From a virus (lineage: Duplodnaviria; Heunggongvirae; Uroviricota; Caudoviricetes), in IMG/VR virus record IMGVR_UViG_2877973648_000004: 44,570 nt of DNA. One strand, written 5' to 3'. A model generated the notes under the pieces. It had not been told where the DNA came from and did not search any database. It worked only from the letters and a program-made list of their open reading frames with translations. The position numbers and the translations under genes are program-made. Of the stretch, positions 1 to 8,381 are shown piece by piece; position 1 is the first letter of the stretch; each line of letters begins with the position of its first letter.

Positions 1-549
1 TCAGCTAGCTGGAAACTTTTTATACAGAGTTGAGAGCCCTACTCCATACGTTTTTGATACGCTTTGTCGTGATTCACCGGTTGCCATCCGCTCCCCCATT
101 TCCCGCCATTGCTCATCCGTGAACTTAGGCCTGCGACCACCAACTCGCCCTTTTGCCCTGGCTACGGCCAGCCCTGCTAAGGTACGTTCGCTATTAAGAT
201 CAGATTCATATTGTGCTGCGGAAAGGATGTTACGAAAGTTATAGCGGCCGCTGGCTGTTTTGAGATCCACGCCATCGGTAATACTGCGGAAGTTGATACC
301 CTTTTCCTGTAACTGCTGGAACATCAACAGCGCATGCAGAACGTTGCGGCCTATCCTGTCCAGCTTCCAGACCACCAGTTCATCCCCCGGCTGCATAGTG
401 GCGATGAGCCGTTTTAGAACCGGCCGATTCGATTTCCTCCCGCTGGCATGCTCTTCAAAAATTTTCTCACAACCCGCTGACTTGAGCGCCGTTAGTTGCA
501 ATTCAGTGTCCTGGTGGTTTGTTGATACTCGGGCATAACCGTAAATCAT
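1..549 (-). CDS. Serine-recombinase DNA invertase (Hin/Gin/Pin family)
   Basis: N-terminus MIYGYARVSTNHQ with catalytic-Ser context, resolvase/invertase-like length (182 aa), AGGAGA RBS before ATG at 549; sits beside an invertible tail-fibre segment. Confidence 0.88.
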   Translation of the reverse strand: MIYGYARVSTNHQDTELQLTALKSAGCEKIFEEHASGRKSNRPVLKRLIATMQPGDELVVWKLDRIGRNVLHALLMFQQLQEKGINFRSITDGVDLKTASGRYNFRNILSAAQYESDLNSERTLAGLAVARAKGRVGGRRPKFTDEQWREMGERMATGESRQSVSKTYGVGLSTLYKKFPAS

Positions 550-601
550 GGGATTTCTCCTGTTATAAAAACAGGAGAAACGGCGAAGCATCACCAGATT
601 T

Positions 602-955
602 TTGATGGTTATAAAAAAGGTTGGTTTGGGAGAAGCGGCAAAACGGAATGTGGGAACAGGGGAAAATCAGATACCTGATATGTCAGCTTATTCATCAGGA
701 TCTGGCTGGCAAAAATTGCCTGATGGTTCAATTGAACAGTGGGGAAGAATTAATTTCCCGACTAACGCCGCGGCGGTATCTACAAATGTGACTTTCACCA
801 TTCCTTTTACGCAGGAGCCAGACGTAGTGATTGTATATGACGGCGGTTTTGGTGGTGGGAATATGTGGGGCGCAACTAACTGGACGAAAACAGGTTTCGT
901 TGCTCATTGTAACTATGGCTTTGAAGGTGGAGCCTTCTACGCGAAAGGGCGTTAA
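602..955 (+). CDS. Alternative tail-fibre C-terminal cassette (silent in this orientation; fuses to the constant fibre N-terminus after inversion)
   Basis: ORF begins inside the crossover site (KKVGLGEAAK) with a TTG pseudo-start; Gly-rich fibre-tip-like sequence; followed by its own assembly gene. Confidence 0.55.
   Translation: MMVIKKVGLGEAAKRNVGTGENQIPDMSAYSSGSGWQKLPDGSIEQWGRINFPTNAAAVSTNVTFTIPFTQEPDVVIVYDGGFGGGNMWGATNWTKTGFVAHCNYGFEGGAFYAKGR
609..634. repeat. Invertase crossover site (left), hix/gix-like 26-bp imperfect palindrome
   Basis: ttataaaaaaggttggtttgggagaa; reverse complement shares the half-site TTCTCCCAAACC and central AA with the site at 2456-2481. Confidence 0.65.
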
Positions 956-957
956 TT

Positions 958-1398
958 ATGAAATATTTGTATGTTGATAATCTGGCGTACCCTTATGCCC
1001 TCCAGTCTGTTTACGCTGCAAAAGGCCAATGGCCAGAAGGAAAAGGCGTAGACATAGACGAAGCTATTTTCAGGGAATATTTCCATGACACGCCGCCCGA
1101 AGGTAAGCGCAGAATTACCGCAGGCGACGGAATGCCAGCTTGGGCAGATGTTCCTCCACCAACACGTGAAGAACAAATTGCATCAGCCGAAACTAAAAAG
1201 CAGCAATTGATTAACCAGGCCAACGAATACATCAACAGTAAACAATGGCCAGGTAAAGCATCAATTGGTCGTCTGAAAGGTGAGGAACTGGTGCAATATA
1301 ATTTGTGGCTGGATTATCTGGACGCACTGGAACTGGTCGATACTTCCGGTGCGCCAGATATTGAATGGCCTACGCCTCCGGCAGTTCAGGCCAGATGA
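958..1398 (+). CDS. Tail fibre assembly protein (alternative-orientation copy)
   Basis: ATG at 958 directly after the alternative fibre cassette; C-terminal DIEWPTPP motif paralogous to the minus-strand assembly protein (DVIWPELP). Confidence 0.65.
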   Translation: MKYLYVDNLAYPYALQSVYAAKGQWPEGKGVDIDEAIFREYFHDTPPEGKRRITAGDGMPAWADVPPPTREEQIASAETKKQQLINQANEYINSKQWPGKASIGRLKGEELVQYNLWLDYLDALELVDTSGAPDIEWPTPPAVQAR

Positions 1399-1972
1399 CG
1401 TCCGGCGCTGTGCTGGTATCTGTTGCCGTCACCGCGTCAATGTAATCCAGCACAGCGTTAAGTCGGGTGTTTTCTGGCTGCGTCAGCTTCCGCCCGGCCT
1501 GTAATTTCAGTTGAATCAGACTGATGGAAGCCATTGCTGCATTAATCAGTGACTGGCGCTGTGCTTCTGCCGCGTCTAGTGCGGCGCTATGCTGTGCCTC
1601 GGTATCCGTCACCCATTTCTCACCATCCCATTTATCGTATGGCGTTAATGGGGCGATAGTGGTTGTATTTTCAGGGTAATCACCCGGAACTGTGATTTCT
1701 TTGGTATCTCCCGTTTCGGTACTATAGACAACTTCACCGCGATGGTCTGGCACATATTCCCATGAATTTAAATCTACAGAGCGACAGATTGCATAACCAG
1801 CTTTATGTGTACCTGGTGCATCCAGACAGGAACATGCCGGGATACCGACGCCGACAGCGAGATATTCAGTTGATGTAGAAATATATTCCCGCGTTTCGCC
1901 ATCATAGTTATGTACGATGATTTCCCCATCATTTAAAGCGTAACCGTCTTTTCCCAAAATAGCCTGTTCCAT
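1370..1972 (-). CDS. Tail fibre assembly protein (expressed orientation)
   Basis: Immediately downstream of the fibre gene; shares the C-terminal motif with the 958-1398 product; 3' ends of the two assembly genes overlap convergently. Confidence 0.7.
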   Translation of the reverse strand: MEQAILGKDGYALNDGEIIVHNYDGETREYISTSTEYLAVGVGIPACSCLDAPGTHKAGYAICRSVDLNSWEYVPDHRGEVVYSTETGDTKEITVPGDYPENTTTIAPLTPYDKWDGEKWVTDTEAQHSAALDAAEAQRQSLINAAMASISLIQLKLQAGRKLTQPENTRLNAVLDYIDAVTATDTSTAPDVIWPELPEA

Positions 1973-2752
1973 TTATGCAGCCCTCACAATGTAGTTAAAT
2001 GCAATGTTTCGCGGGCTACCATCACCGGCGCCGGAACTGACATGATTGGTTCTATCCATTCGTTTACTGTCATTTGTTGTTCCACTCCCATCCTTCCACG
2101 AATACAATAACCCGCCATCGCCAATGCTCAACTGCACCGCAAATACGGATGAACCGGATGAATAAACATCTCCAGCCATGAGTGGGTTCCCTGTCCATCC
2201 ATGCATTTCATGGTTATGTTCAAGGATAGATGCTGCCTGACTTGAAAGCAGCAGTCTCGCGGAATCAACACCTCGCCCATCATCCCACCCGCGAATAAAC
2301 TCACCGCGCAAATCCGGTAATTTTAACTTTGGGTAAGCCTTTGCCAGTTTTGGGTACTCTTCGGCAGAAAAAGGTGCACCGTTGCATTTCAGCCAGCCTG
2401 TTGGTGGTGTGGCTGAAGGCCACGGAACAGGCACACCAACGGGTAACGCTGAGCCTTCTCCCAAACCAAGGTTTGTGAGAGCCGTAGAAATCGCCGCTGC
2501 ACCATCTGATTTGATATCGGCAAATGGGTTTGCACGGCTCAGTGTGAGTTTTTGAATGGCTTTTAAAACCTGAGTCATATCGTTAATGTCGAGCGCCAAT
2601 CCTGCTGACTCTACGATATGCGCTAACTCTTCCTGCATGGCATTAAACGCTGCTGCCCGCAGCCTCGTTGCGGCAATACCACCAGCAACACTTCCATCAG
2701 TATATTTGCCATCCTGCGTTGCAGTGGCTTCGACTTGCCCGATTCGGAGCAT
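1973..2752 (-). CDS. Tail fibre protein (constant N-terminus ~2470-2752 plus invertible variable C-terminus)
   Basis: Position after baseplate genes; crossover site falls ~95 codons into the ORF; Gly/Ser-rich C-terminal region. Confidence 0.75.
   Translation of the reverse strand: MLRIGQVEATATQDGKYTDGSVAGGIAATRLRAAAFNAMQEELAHIVESAGLALDINDMTQVLKAIQKLTLSRANPFADIKSDGAAAISTALTNLGLGEGSALPVGVPVPWPSATPPTGWLKCNGAPFSAEEYPKLAKAYPKLKLPDLRGEFIRGWDDGRGVDSARLLLSSQAASILEHNHEMHGWTGNPLMAGDVYSSGSSVFAVQLSIGDGGLLYSWKDGSGTTNDSKRMDRTNHVSSGAGDGSPRNIAFNYIVRAA
2456..2481. repeat. Invertase crossover site (right), inverted relative to 609-634
   Basis: ttctcccaaaccaaggtttgtgagag; lies inside the tail-fibre ORF at the GLGE codons, which are also encoded at the left site. 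Confidence 0.65.
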
Positions 2753-2803
2753 AGTTAATCCTCACTTAGTGTTAAGCGATAAAATCAGAGGGGGAAATAT
2801 CAG

Positions 2804-3397
2804 TTATGAATAATTGAAAATGATGTTCAGATGGGATGGGGCAATTTTGTTGATTGAACACTCCAGTTGTTTATTGCCCCACGATGCGAGCGGATCTCCG
2901 CAGTAGGACGCGCCAGCAAGCGAATACTTGATCGTTGTTTGTGGCGCATTTATCCGCCAGGTAAATGGCCACTCGTCACCGTTAAGCGCATCACCGCATA
3001 CTGACATGCCACTCATAGCGGGCCGGAACTGTGTGATAGTGATGGTATAACCAAGAGCTGCAGCCACCCGGATGTAATAATCGCGGTTCAGGCCGCCGGT
3101 GCTGATTAACTTTGCCACCACGGCGCGCTGGCGATCGCTGACGCCACCGGATTCACCAATCGCACAATCATCTGGTAACCCCAGAGAGCTTTCCCATTCT
3201 GACAACATTACCGTCGCTGTAGGGGGAAAAGCACCAGTAATCAGGCTTTGCGCATCGTTGTCAGAACGCTGAAACGCGCTGCCCAGTGCCCGTAATACCG
3301 CAGCCTGTACCGTTTTTTGCGATCTGGGCCACGCCCTGCCCGTCGGCAGCAACGCGCCAAGCGCACCGGCATAATCATTTTTTGAAAAGAGGCTCAT
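2804..3397 (-). CDS. Baseplate/tail protein (Mu gp48-like)
   Basis: 197 aa, between baseplate J-like gene and fibre gene; start overlaps the upstream gene end. Confidence 0.5.
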   Translation of the reverse strand: MSLFSKNDYAGALGALLPTGRAWPRSQKTVQAAVLRALGSAFQRSDNDAQSLITGAFPPTATVMLSEWESSLGLPDDCAIGESGGVSDRQRAVVAKLISTGGLNRDYYIRVAAALGYTITITQFRPAMSGMSVCGDALNGDEWPFTWRINAPQTTIKYSLAGASYCGDPLASWGNKQLECSINKIAPSHLNIIFNYS

Positions 3398-4536
3398 ACA
3401 AAATTCACCCCGCCAAGCACCGGAATTTCGCCAACAGCAAAGGTGATATTGGCCATCGGAGAGTTAAGGATATAGCCCGTCGTGCCACTAACACCGCCGA
3501 TACTCCCGTTAATATCAGAGAGGTAAACTTTCCCGGAACCATCAGGGTTAGCCTCATCAAAAAACAGCGCCGTCAGCGCGTCTTTTATACCCTGAACTGT
3601 GGTGCTGTCGGCATTTTTGATACCAGAGATTTCAATATTGATGACTTTCTTGATCGGGGAACATACGAAAACAATGGCAGTGTCTGTCTGCTGCGGATAG
3701 ATGTGGTCGGCGACAGCGAGCTGGTCTCCGGTGGCTTTAACAGCCCCCCAGTCCTCAAGTTGGGATATTCCATCGGTACCGACCGGAAACCCACCATTGA
3801 CATTCCGATCACACATGATATACACGCCAACGGTCCCGGCCCCGTTCAGACGCCGCTTTACCCACGCGCGGGTGACGCCCGAAACCTCAAGCGCCCATTT
3901 TTTATAATCGGCGTCGCTTCCACCCTGAGGCGGATTCTGCCATGCCAGCAAGCCACGACTGCGAAAGTCCTCTTCCGTTTCAATATCGGCTCCGCCGGTC
4001 GCAGCGGACAGTAACGTTACCTGTGGATCCACGCCAGCAATATTCGCGTCCAGGGTCATTATGGTCCCGGCATCAGCGTTACCGCGCGCGCCTCCACCCG
4101 TTACATCACTGGTAATATCCGGCAGGATGGCCGTCACCGCGACGATACCAAATCCATCTGCCTGAATTTTAAGATCTGCATCCGTCCGGTACTGGTATCC
4201 GTCCCCGCGGTTAATGATCGAGCCAACAGGGATAATACTGTCAACACTGCCACTAGCCTGTACCGCAGGCGACTTCGCCGCTGCAGCTGGTTTTCTGAAT
4301 ACCTGCTTAAGGGCCATCCACCCGGCGAGATACTCATCGGTAGAGGTAAACGGGTTTGTCTGCAGGGCAATATAGTCAAGGTAGGCGTAATGCAGATGCC
4401 CCATCCCCGCATCCATGTCAGCCAGTACCTTCAGGTTCGCGAAGCGCAGGAGCGCACCAACATCCTCAAGCTCCGCCTGCATAAATTTCCGGTTTCCGTC
4501 GCGGAGTTCGCTCAGCGTCGGTCGTTTAAACGGCAT
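3394..4536 (-). CDS. Baseplate J-like protein (Mu gp47-like)
   Basis: About 380 aa from internal ATG (MPFKRPTLSEL) immediately after the preceding stop; position in a Mu-like baseplate module. Confidence 0.65.
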   Translation of the reverse strand: MPFKRPTLSELRDGNRKFMQAELEDVGALLRFANLKVLADMDAGMGHLHYAYLDYIALQTNPFTSTDEYLAGWMALKQVFRKPAAAAKSPAVQASGSVDSIIPVGSIINRGDGYQYRTDADLKIQADGFGIVAVTAILPDITSDVTGGGARGNADAGTIMTLDANIAGVDPQVTLLSAATGGADIETEEDFRSRGLLAWQNPPQGGSDADYKKWALEVSGVTRAWVKRRLNGAGTVGVYIMCDRNVNGGFPVGTDGISQLEDWGAVKATGDQLAVADHIYPQQTDTAIVFVCSPIKKVINIEISGIKNADSTTVQGIKDALTALFFDEANPDGSGKVYLSDINGSIGGVSGTTGYILNSPMANITFAVGEIPVLGGVNFV

Positions 4537-4537
4537 A

Positions 4538-4975
4538 TTAACGTTGCTCCCATATCCAGTAAAACCTGAATTCCTGCCAGTCCTTCCCCGGTGCCTGATA
4601 GCGGATAATGAGATTGAGCCGGTCAGGCAGGACGATCCTGGCAACAGGAATAACCTCGCTGACAACGCCATCAACCTTTAACCAGTTGAGCGCTTCACTC
4701 GAGTATTCCTCCGCTTTTTTTGCTACATCCGGGGTCAGTTTTTTCCGCCGTAGCAGCCACAACCGGGATCCCAGTTGGGATTCCTCCCCAGAATCCCCCC
4801 ACCAGCCGCGGCGATCGCTATCCTCATAATCATCGTCAGCGCGCGCCAGCCTGTCAGTAAACAGGCTGTCCAGTATTGCAGTCTGTAAATCGTTCCCCGT
4901 GGTGAGTTCGCCCAGCCCTTTCTGCCAGTCAGCAAACATCTCATCCACATTCCAGAATGAAGCGATGTCACTCAT
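4538..4975 (-). CDS. Baseplate protein (Mu gp46 / gp25-like)
   Basis: 145 aa, between spike and J-like genes with overlapping stop/start. Confidence 0.55.
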   Translation of the reverse strand: MSDIASFWNVDEMFADWQKGLGELTTGNDLQTAILDSLFTDRLARADDDYEDSDRRGWWGDSGEESQLGSRLWLLRRKKLTPDVAKKAEEYSSEALNWLKVDGVVSEVIPVARIVLPDRLNLIIRYQAPGKDWQEFRFYWIWEQR

Positions 4976-5556
4976 GTCACCTGATCCTCTGTTTTTTGGC
5001 TGCGGATATTGTCATTGCCACTCTGGGCATTTTTAACCACATGATCATGGTCATTATGTGCATCCCGCAGCTCTTTCAGTGTTCGGGTATTGGTTTCACA
5101 GTTATCAACAATGTCACCCGTGCACCTCAGGATCGGGGTATTTGCAAGAATCCCCTGGCTGGCATTGATGGTCACGTTAGTGGCGTTATTGACCTCAACA
5201 TTCTGGCCCTTTGCATCCAGGAAGATCCCCTTCTCCGTCAGGAGAATATTAAGACCCCACTGGTTATACATGACCGTTTCGCCCGCTTTCAGGCCTGTAT
5301 GACGGAACCCCTGATGGTTGGACGCAATTACCACCGCGCTGGAACGATCACCGCCAATAAAAGCCAGAACCACGTCAGTCCCTGACGGCAGGCCGGATGA
5401 AAAACCAAATTCAGCCATCCGCGGTGCGCTGGCCACCTCCAGCGGAGTCTGGTACTGGATTGACTGCACCACCCCACCATCTTTCATAGCCGTGATCCGG
5501 CCAATCCCCAGCATGCCGGCGATCCTGGTCGCTGCATGTTTAAATAGTTGCTTCAT
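4972..5556 (-). CDS. Baseplate assembly/spike protein (gpV / Mu gp45-like)
   Basis: 194 aa, Gly-rich N-terminal beta region, conserved position after the hub gene. Confidence 0.6.
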   Translation of the reverse strand: MKQLFKHAATRIAGMLGIGRITAMKDGGVVQSIQYQTPLEVASAPRMAEFGFSSGLPSGTDVVLAFIGGDRSSAVVIASNHQGFRHTGLKAGETVMYNQWGLNILLTEKGIFLDAKGQNVEVNNATNVTINASQGILANTPILRCTGDIVDNCETNTRTLKELRDAHNDHDHVVKNAQSGNDNIRSQKTEDQVT

Positions 5557-6638
5557 GTATTGAATCCCGCCAGGTTCTGGTAGAAGGCATATGGCTGAAC
5601 GGCGAATGCTTCAGGCGGCATCAGCGTCATGCGTGCATGGGTGCCGTAGTCATCGCGCATATAGGTGACTTCTGCCAGTAGCAATTCAGTCTCCGGCAAC
5701 CGTAAGGTGGGAAGATCAACGGGGATCAATGTGTTTGGTTCCCACAGTTTCCCGTCTTTATCCCGCCAGGAATCGATGGTTACCGAGAGCTGTTTTGAAC
5801 GTCCGTACCGCCGGTTCATTTCCCAGTCGATCGCACTTTGTGCCTGTTGAGTAGCCATCAGGGTACTTTCCACAATCGATATATGTTTTCGGTACCGCAT
5901 ACGGGCGGCCTCCGGATCTCTCGCCGTTGCCAGAGTCACAGCGTCATAGGCCGTATCAGGCGAATACCCTGCAATTGGAGAAACGCTCATTGATACACCG
6001 ACATAATCTGAAAACCTGTCAGCCATCGATTTGCGGTAGTATGCCTGCTCGACATTTACCCCTTCGGCTATCCCACTCGCCGCACGACGTGTTCCCACCC
6101 GGGTCAGTAACAGGTTTCCATCGGGCTGATCGTAGTAAAGCAGAGCAGACCATCTGGCCACCCGATCGATGACTTCTTGCGGAGACTCACCCCAGTTCAG
6201 AGTGAACTGGGGTACCTTCACAAGTTCATCAACATCCGTGGTTACGGTGATGCCGTAGTAGGATGCCAGGCGAGAAGCAATTTCAAGTGCATTACTGGCA
6301 TTAATGACGTTGTTAGGCCACTCAGCTGAGCAATCCACCAGGTCCTGACATTTGCTCCTGCCCGTGGCGCGGACCTCATGGCGGGAGCGCGATAGTGCGG
6401 GTTCCCAGTCATCAACATATCCCGTCAGTGTCAGATCATCTCCGATACGAACTTCACAAGACATTCCCTCTTCAACGAGTTGACGATCTTCGTTGCCAGG
6501 GAAGTAATCCATTAGCCCAAGATCGAAATCAGAGGGAAAACGCTCAATACCCCGCGTTACCCGGACAGAATCCCACCCCTCGATGATTTTGCCGTCGACC
6601 GTCAAAGAAACAACATCCAGATCGCTGTCTGCATTCAT
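5553..6638 (-). CDS. Baseplate hub protein (Mu gp44 / P2 gpD-like)
   Basis: 361 aa; synteny between DNA-circulation-like and spike genes. Confidence 0.6.
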   Translation of the reverse strand: MNADSDLDVVSLTVDGKIIEGWDSVRVTRGIERFPSDFDLGLMDYFPGNEDRQLVEEGMSCEVRIGDDLTLTGYVDDWEPALSRSRHEVRATGRSKCQDLVDCSAEWPNNVINASNALEIASRLASYYGITVTTDVDELVKVPQFTLNWGESPQEVIDRVARWSALLYYDQPDGNLLLTRVGTRRAASGIAEGVNVEQAYYRKSMADRFSDYVGVSMSVSPIAGYSPDTAYDAVTLATARDPEAARMRYRKHISIVESTLMATQQAQSAIDWEMNRRYGRSKQLSVTIDSWRDKDGKLWEPNTLIPVDLPTLRLPETELLLAEVTYMRDDYGTHARMTLMPPEAFAVQPYAFYQNLAGFNT

Positions 6639-8038
6639 TGCCTCAGTACCTTCATGGTTGTCGGCATAAACGCCGGATGCGGTACGCGCGCTTCCTGTAC
6701 CAGTTCATCTGCACGGGTGGCATCCTGGTATAATCGGTTTGCCAGCGTCAGCGCCGGAAGCGGCTGAGCGGTAGTAACCTGCAGAAGCTCGCTCAGACCA
6801 GAAGCACGCTCACTCATCGTAGAAAGGAATGCCGATCTGACGGCGAGAAGCGCGTTATACATATCATCGTCCGCGCGGTCTCCAGCCAGAACCAGCGCCG
6901 TATCAAGTTGCACAGAAACTCGTTGAGTTAACTCTTCTGCCTCGTCTGTACTGGCTGGTCTGGAGTCCGCAGCGGCACTGGTCATGGCACCAGTACATAG
7001 CACAACAATCAGCGTGTTCATGGTCGCCGAAATCGCTTTGCTGCTGTCGGACTGCTGGTACTCCGTGCTGATTGAATTAGCCAGTTTTTCCAGCGCTGTG
7101 ATTCGGTCATTAACGCTGCCGGCGCTGTTAAGAATTGCGTTTACCACGTCGGCGACGCCCTGGACAAACTCATCAGGTGTGTTGGAGCTGCTAAGCTGGC
7201 TCGACCTGTCGGTAACATTTTTCCGGTCCATTACCGACTGGGCTGTTACCTTGTCAGCCAGTGCTCTCTCATCATCCACATCAGCAACTGACGATTTGCC
7301 AGCAACAGCAGAGGAACTACCGCCCACAGAGCCTTTACTGTAACGTCCGTACCGGGTATTCCCGAACGTGGAGTTCAGGACATTGCTGAGATTCGTGACC
7401 TGACTGATGGTGCTGTCAACCATGTTAGTCCAGAACGTGACCGTGCCTCTGATGGTGTTTATAGCCTGTGTGACACCGCGGATTTCACTCTTAACCCTGG
7501 CAATCGTGCTCAGCACAGCAGTGCTGACCAGTTTCAGATAGTTGGTTTTCACCGTGGCGCCTGCAACGGTACTGCCCGTGACAGCAAACACTTTAAGCCC
7601 TGATTCAATTGCCATCAGGGTAAATTCAAATACTCGCCCGTTCTCCATCGAACCGGAAATACGCAAACCATTCTCAGGGATGGAAACCGTTAATTCGCCC
7701 AGTGTCGGATGGACAAGCGTACCGCTACCTTTTTGTTCACAGGCTTCAATCAGTGACTGGCGCTGCGTGATAGCATCGCCGCCGCCGTAAACCTGGCTGT
7801 TCTGGATCAAGAAACCGCGAATAACAAATCGCCGTGTTGCCCGCCCGATATCCTCTATCCAGGCTGTATCACGGTAGGGATATTCATGTACCGCCTGGCG
7901 TCGGCCGTGGCTCCCTTCCTCAGCAACAATTGCAAATGGCACACCTCTGAATGAGCTGGGCCGTAACTGCCCCTGCCAGTCATCGCTGGTATCTCCCCCC
8001 AAAAGAGAAGTTATTGCGTCCTGGATAATTGACGGCAT
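6635..8038 (-). CDS. Mu gp43-like tail protein (DNA circulation protein family)
   Basis: About 467 aa; GGAGG RBS before ATG at about 8038 (track start 8041 is GTG); position after tape measure in a Mu-like tail. Confidence 0.55.
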   Translation of the reverse strand: MPSIIQDAITSLLGGDTSDDWQGQLRPSSFRGVPFAIVAEEGSHGRRQAVHEYPYRDTAWIEDIGRATRRFVIRGFLIQNSQVYGGGDAITQRQSLIEACEQKGSGTLVHPTLGELTVSIPENGLRISGSMENGRVFEFTLMAIESGLKVFAVTGSTVAGATVKTNYLKLVSTAVLSTIARVKSEIRGVTQAINTIRGTVTFWTNMVDSTISQVTNLSNVLNSTFGNTRYGRYSKGSVGGSSSAVAGKSSVADVDDERALADKVTAQSVMDRKNVTDRSSQLSSSNTPDEFVQGVADVVNAILNSAGSVNDRITALEKLANSISTEYQQSDSSKAISATMNTLIVVLCTGAMTSAAADSRPASTDEAEELTQRVSVQLDTALVLAGDRADDDMYNALLAVRSAFLSTMSERASGLSELLQVTTAQPLPALTLANRLYQDATRADELVQEARVPHPAFMPTTMKVLRQ

Positions 8039-8050
8039 CACGCCTCCGGA

Positions 8051-8078
8051 AATAAAAAAACCGCCATGTCGGCGGTTT
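8051..8078 (-). terminator. Intrinsic-terminator-like hairpin plus T-run inside the tail cluster
   Basis: Minus strand reads aaccgcc-gacat-ggcggtt followed by 7 T; lies between a small ORF and the start of the next tail gene. Confidence 0.4.
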
Positions 8079-8101
8079 ACATATGCACTGAAATGACTTA
8101 T

Positions 8102-8248
8102 CTATTTATCGCTGGATCCATTACGGTCAAGAGATTCGGCGATCCTGTAAAGATGCTCAGTCGCCTTGAATGAGTTCATTAGGAACTCATAAAGCACACG
8201 TAAAAGCAATGCACTTACCACCGATATCGTAATCGCCGTGAAATTCAT
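8102..8248 (-). CDS. Small hydrophobic protein (about 48 aa), possible moron in tail-cluster gap
   Basis: ATG at about 8248, predicted MNFTAITISVVSALLLRVLYEFLMNSFKA..., single TM-like helix; sits in a 340-bp gap unusual for a tail operon; no clear RBS. Confidence 0.25.
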   Translation of the reverse strand: MNFTAITISVVSALLLRVLYEFLMNSFKATEHLYRIAESLDRNGSSDK

Positions 8249-8381
8249 TGAGACAACAGAAAAAACGAGGTAAATGCCAATTACCAGGTAAACAAGCGCA
8301 AAAACCTTTGGAGTCTAAATGGCTTTTGCTCCAAAAACTTTTTCATTCATAACTTCTTCCTTAACGAAATGACGACAGTGA

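Larger units (their letters stand above)
609..2481. mobile_element. Invertible tail-fibre host-range segment (Mu G-segment / e14 P-segment analogue)
   Basis: Inverted 26-bp sites flank two opposed sets of fibre C-terminus plus fibre-assembly genes, adjacent to an invertase gene. Confidence 0.7.

Noticed and set aside
3286-4014. 242-aa plus-strand ORF antisense to the baseplate J-like gene
   Set aside because: Shadow ORF within a syntenic structural gene on the opposite strand.
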